Source of the DNA: Heteronotia binoei
Taxonomy: Eukaryota
DNA length: 64,000 bases
Direction: 5' to 3'
Assembly (NCBI RefSeq): GCF_032191835.1
Contig: NC_083226.1
Span: forward strand, 59,086,001 to 59,150,000
Below are positions 59,357 through 64,000 of the stretch, one piece after another. Positions within the stretch are counted from its first letter, which is position 1; the number at the start of each line of letters is the position of its first letter. A program made the position numbers and the translations under genes. A model generated the notes under the pieces. The model searched no databases. It was not told where the DNA came from and saw only the letters and a list, made by a program, of their open reading frames with translations.

Positions 59357-59576
59357 CAGGGCTGTTTCTGAGCAGGAACACACAGGAATGCAGTTCCAGC
59401 TGGCTTGGTGTCAGGGGATGTGGCCTAATATGCAAATGAGTTCCTGCCTGGCTTTTTCTACAAAAAAGCCCTATGTGAAACAATGGTGATGCCAAGGAGT
59501 GCGACCTAATGAATAAAATAGATAGACAGATATGCAAATCAGTTCCTGCTGGGCTTTTCCTACAAAAATAGCCCTG
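59357..59576 (-). mobile_element. hAT MITE family A, reverse, with a ~20-bp insertion
   Basis: TSD TAAATATT / TAAGTATT (7/8). ATGCAAAT at 59430 and 59532. Confidence 0.9.
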
Positions 59577-60302
59577 TAAGTATTCAAAGGAAGCCTACCT
59601 GGGTAGGTCTCTGGAGCTTTTCAACTCTTGGAAAAGTGAGATGCATGTAACAATATTAACATAGCAAAAACATGCCAGCCTCTACTAGCCAGATATTCTT
59701 CCAACCATCCAGTCAGACATTATCAAAAATCAACTAGATGATAACAAGACTCATGTAAAATACATGAAAGGAAGGCAGAATTAAGGCTTACTCATACTAA
59801 ACATTTAATGTAAGAATAAAATATTCTAATAGAAATCTATATACCACAGACATGGATAGTTTACCTGCAAGCCAAACCATTCAGCTAGTTCAAAAGAGAT
59901 GTTTTTGCACATTTCTTAATTATTGGCTTAAACTAAAGAGAGTGCCAACTAGTCATCTTTCAAGTCTCTGTTGTATTTTATTCCAACAAGACCCTATTTG
60001 GATTACTAACTAAAAATGTTCATCTGTATACGTTGCCTGATGTTATTTGTGGGACCTATCCAATTGAATTTAACTGTCAGACCTGGATATTAGCACATGA
60101 TGCCATTTTTGAGAGACAAGTTATTCGAAATTCCTTGTTTTTGCATTCTTAAGCTTCAAGTGAACTTGGGGAAAGCACCAGTCTTTGAATGTTTAATTCA
60201 AAACTGTCTGAAAAACAAATCCTTGGTTCGTTAATTAAAGGGATCATAATAGAACTATCTAACCAAGATCATCTTCTACAAACTTTGTTTAACCCTTACA
60301 GC

Positions 60303-60500
60303 AAGGGCTTTTTTTGTAGAAAAGGCTCAGCAGGAACTCATTTGCCTATTATGCCACACACCCTGACATCACCATTGTTTCACAAAGGGTTTTTTGTGGA
60401 AAAAGTCCAGCAGGAATACATTTGCATATTAGGTCACATCCCCTGGTGCCAAGCCAGCTGGAACTCTGTTCCTGTGCGTTCCTGCTCAAAAAAAGCCCTG
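60303..60500 (+). mobile_element. hAT MITE family A
   Basis: Perfect 8-bp TSD CTTACAGC. Confidence 0.9.
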
Positions 60501-60650
60501 CTTACAGCTATTCATTTTCAAACAAAGCAATCCACCATGCTCATAGGACATTACACAAATGAGCCAGTGGAACAGCATTTATGCATCTGTGCAGAACTGG
60601 CAGATCTTTCCCACTATCTGCTTTTTTGTCCACTATATATAGCCCCTAAG

Positions 60651-60994
60651 TAAGGTTCCCAGCCTCCTACTGGAGGAGGGGGTACCCTCCACACACTCAC
60701 CAGCATGGAGCTGGCTGGTAGGAGATCCCCACCCCCAAAGAGCTCTGTCAACACCCAATGTGTCCGGCATGATGATGTCACCCGGAAGCGACATCATTAC
60801 ACCAGGCATGTCAGGTGGGGGGAAGCTCTAGCATTTAGTAAAAACTTTATGGCACCATAGAGGGTTTTTTTACCCAAGTGCTAGAGTGCCCCCTCTGCAA
60901 CATGCCCAGCATGATGACATCATTTCCAGGTGATGTCATTGTGCTGCATGAAAGAACCATCCCCCGCCAAAAAGCCTAAGACCTTGCAACCCTA
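60651..60994. mobile_element. Palindromic TAGGGTTGC-terminated MITE
   Basis: GATGATGTCACCCGGAAG / CCAGGTGATGTCAT arms around ACTTTATGGCACCATAGAG. Related relics near 53780-54010 and 63790-63965. Confidence 0.7.
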
Positions 60995-61454
60995 TCCCAG
61001 GCAAAAAAAATTAGATTCAATCTTGGCCAGCTTCGGACTGAGTTCTGCAACAGAGAAAATTTTATTTATTCTTGTGGACATAGTGACTTCAGTATCTAAC
61101 AAGGTTGCTCTTTTTGCCCTACGTCCCTTTAGTCAACATTAGAGCCTGCAGTCTAAGCTAATTGTTTACCATAGTTGTTCTTATTAATGGCAGAATATTT
61201 ACAGGTTTTATAGAATTAATTTTAGTAAATCAATTTTAGCTGTTTTAAAATTGTCTTTTTAAATAGTTTTAATATTTTCTGGAAGCAACCAAGTTTTAAT
61301 GTTTTTTGCTAGTGTTGTTTAACCTTGTTTTTATTTCCTGGTGGTATACCAAAGTTCTGATGGCCTTTGGCCCCATACAATAAATCTAAAACTGAATCTG
61401 AACACACACAGTAATAGCGAAGATCCTTGTGCTGTGGCGACTCCTGTTGTTTAA

Positions 61455-61672
61455 TAGGGTTGCCAAGGTCTGGGTTGGAAAATGTCCAGTGACTTTGGTG
61501 GTGGATCAGGGAGAGACAGCATTTGGGGAAGGGAGGGGCCTCAGTATGATACAATGCCATAGAGTCCACCCTTCAAAGCACCCATTTTCTCCAGAGGAGC
61601 GGATCCCTGTCAGCTGGAGATCAGTTGTAAAAGCAAGAGATCTCAGGCCCTATCTGGGGGCTGGAAACCCTA
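61455..61672 (+). mobile_element. TAGGGTTGCCA-terminated MITE
   Basis: TAGGGTTGCCA...TGGAAACCCTA; same body as 41012. Confidence 0.85.
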
Positions 61673-61704
61673 AAACAACTTTTTAAAAATCTCCACAGCC
61701 AATC

Positions 61705-61989
61705 AGAAGAAGAAGAAGAAGATATTGGATTTACATCCCGCCCTCCACTCCGAAGAGTCTCAGAGCGGCTCACAATCTCCTTTATCTTCCTCCCCCACAA
61801 CAGACACCCTGTGAGGTGGGTGGGGCTGGAGAGGGCTCTCACAGCAGCTGCCCTTTCAAGGACAACCTCTGCCAGAGCTATGGCTGACCCAAGGCCATTT
61901 CAGCAGGTGCAAGTGGAGGAGTGGGGAATCAAACCCGGTTCTCCCAGATAAGAGTCCGCACACTTAACCACTACACCAAACTGGCTCTC
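61705..61989 (-). mobile_element. Young full-length Squam3-type SINE
   Basis: A box TGGTGTAGTGG, B box GGTTTGATTCC, CpGs retained, (TTC)n tail. Confidence 0.95.
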
Positions 61990-62382
61990 CTGCTGGGCAA
62001 AACCTACTTCCAAAAAACACTTAGCAATCACCGTGTTGGGAATCCCTGGTCTAGAATGTGTTTCCTATTTAAACCAATGGAAAACATACATAGATATTTT
62101 TAAACCAGAAAAAAACTGCTACACATTTGCAAATTTCTACAAAAGTAAGGCTCAGCAAAATAGCTGAGCATCCTTCTGTGATATGTACAGGCCATTTCAA
62201 TACATGGGAAGATAATCATTTGAAAAGACTAGACTAAAACATGGCATGCTATTTTTGTATGGGTGTGGCAGATTTTTGAAGTAGGATACCACACAAAGAA
62301 GAAGTTTCCCACCTATAGTCTTATGTGGTTCAGCCTTGTAACAGATATATGTTCAGCTGCTCAGCAATCCTTAAATTACAAC

Positions 62383-62565
62383 CAATCCTCCCTCTAAATT
62401 GTGGAGTCTTGTGAGCAAAAATTCTACTTTGTGAGCTACTGGCATTAAAGTTGTAAGTGAGTGATTTGGCTACTTTCTAAATTAGTTTGCTCTGGGGCAA
62501 TCCTTGAGCCGGAGGTGAAAAAATTGTGAGCTAGCTCACACTAACTCAGTTTAGAGGGAACACTG
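62383..62565 (+). mobile_element. hAT MITE with CAGTGTTCCCTCTAA TIR
   Basis: Right TIR TTAGAGGGAACACTG intact, left degenerate. TSD ATTACAAC / GTTACAAC (7/8). Confidence 0.8.
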
Positions 62566-64000
62566 GTTACAACTTTCATTCTCTTCCAGATCAAAATCTC
62601 CATCATCATTTTGGCATGCATGCAGAAGCAGATGCACTGACTGTACTGACTGTAAACACACATACACACACCAATATTTACAATCTACCCAAAGTTAAGC
62701 ACTGTTACATCACACTGATTTAATAGAAGAGATATAAACATATGCTTAACTTTTCCATTGATATCTATGGATCTCAGAAGAGCTGGTATTGGCAGGATCA
62801 GGCCTGATTATGTTATGATACATAAATATTTATATATTCATACATTAAGTGTTACAGTTCAGTTCAAAAAAGTTCAAGGCACTGAACTGCCAGCTTTGTA
62901 TTTAAACCAAGACACCATGACTAAAAGTTATAGTTTAAGAGTCCTTTACAGACATATACATAAAACAGAAGAGTAAAGTATACAGCTTTCCTTAAATCCA
63001 AACAGCAGTTTTATTTTTGTTTGGGCCTATATTTTGTTTTAGGGGCAATATTTTTTAGATTTTCCTCAACTGCATCTTAAAAACAGCAGAACTGTTTTTA
63101 AAAAAATGGGGTTTTTGCAAAAGCCACTGATTCAAAGTGATTTGACTAGTACCTGAACTGTTTTTTATCCCACTGTATCTTGAGCAAGAATGTTTTTAAA
63201 ACAAAACTAAATTTAAAAAAAAAAGAAAGTAAAATGTTTTATGCTAACACCATAAGTAATTAATGCTGAAACTAGGAAACAAGGATTGGAAAGAAGAGTG
63301 GTCCAAAGGAAGAAGAGCAACAGGAAAAAAGCAAGAAGGAATCTGAAGGGGTAATCAAGACTGGCTTCAATTGCAGCCTCAGACTGCCCATATACCACTT
63401 TTGTGCCTTGTTCAGTCACCTTTTCTACTAAGATCAGTATCAATATTCAACCTTACCACAAATTTGGTTAATCTTTAAAGTGCTCTTACTCTTTTCTCCA
63501 AATAGTCAATTGGCTATGAAGAGAATAACACCCGTGTTCCATTTAGAAAATTCTATACTGCTTTAATTGGAATAGTGACTCAAAGGCAAAAAAAATTATA
63601 CATCATCAAAAGCATTTAGAGTAGTTTGAGAAATACATGGTAAATATTCAAAGAAACAGCTTAAGAATTTATTCTTAGGGCTGCCGGACACACACACCAG
63701 GTGGAGAAAGAGATCCATCACCATCAGATCCTACTTCCAGTCATTGATCAGTTGGCTGATGGACATACCAGGAGAAAGCTGAAAACCAAGGCCTCATGGC
63801 CAATGTTGCATAGGAAGTGATGTCATAACCCCAGATAAATCTGGGTGAGGTTTGGGTATTCAGGCAAAACCTCTATGGAAGAAGCTAGTTTTACTAGAGT
63901 TTTGCCCAAATACCAGAGCATCATCCAGATGTCACTGGTATGATTATGTCATTTCTTATGCAACACCAGCCATCTTCTTGTAAGCCCTCCCATCTCCCTG

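Noticed and set aside
60189-60653. 154-aa ORF with an internal repeat
   Set aside because: The repeat comes from the two units of a hAT MITE; similar pseudo-ORFs occur at the other copies.
61705-61989. tRNA gene suggested by A and B boxes
   Set aside because: The boxes belong to a SINE head followed by a SINE body and tail; no cloverleaf.

Overview
Squamate genomic DNA, most likely from a gecko (Squam3-type SINEs and lizard-type MITE families). The window is the interior of the histone demethylase gene KDM4C (JMJD2C) on the minus strand. Four coding exons chain in frame with canonical GT-AG sites: 34426-34236, 12263-12025, 10442-10126 and 2496-2385 (equivalent to human exons 9-12 from memory). 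They encode the end of the JmjC-associated region and the linker before the PHD/Tudor readers. The flanking exons lie outside the window. The rest is intron. An ~18 kb block (13248-31459) in the 22 kb intron after exon 9 is almost all nested, decayed transposons: an ERV-like two-LTR element, a solo LTR inside a SINE, a DIRS1-type tyrosine-recombinase retrotransposon carrying four younger insertions, and a full-length chromodomain Ty3/gypsy (Tf1/sushi group) element. Best leads: (1) a self-priming signature in the gypsy element (PBS complementary to its own predicted transcript 5' end, ~30 nt below a TATA-like box); (2) an ancestral 82-codon ORF in that LTR's U3, in frame with pol; (3) a candidate intronic poly(A) site whose AATAAA overlaps the read-through stop after exon 11 and would give a reader-less KDM4C; (4) an 82-bp near-identical direct repeat bracketing exon 9. 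No prokaryote-type system (CRISPR, operon), rRNA or tRNA gene is present. Repeat family names come from recognising motifs, not from a database search. All alignments were done by eye.
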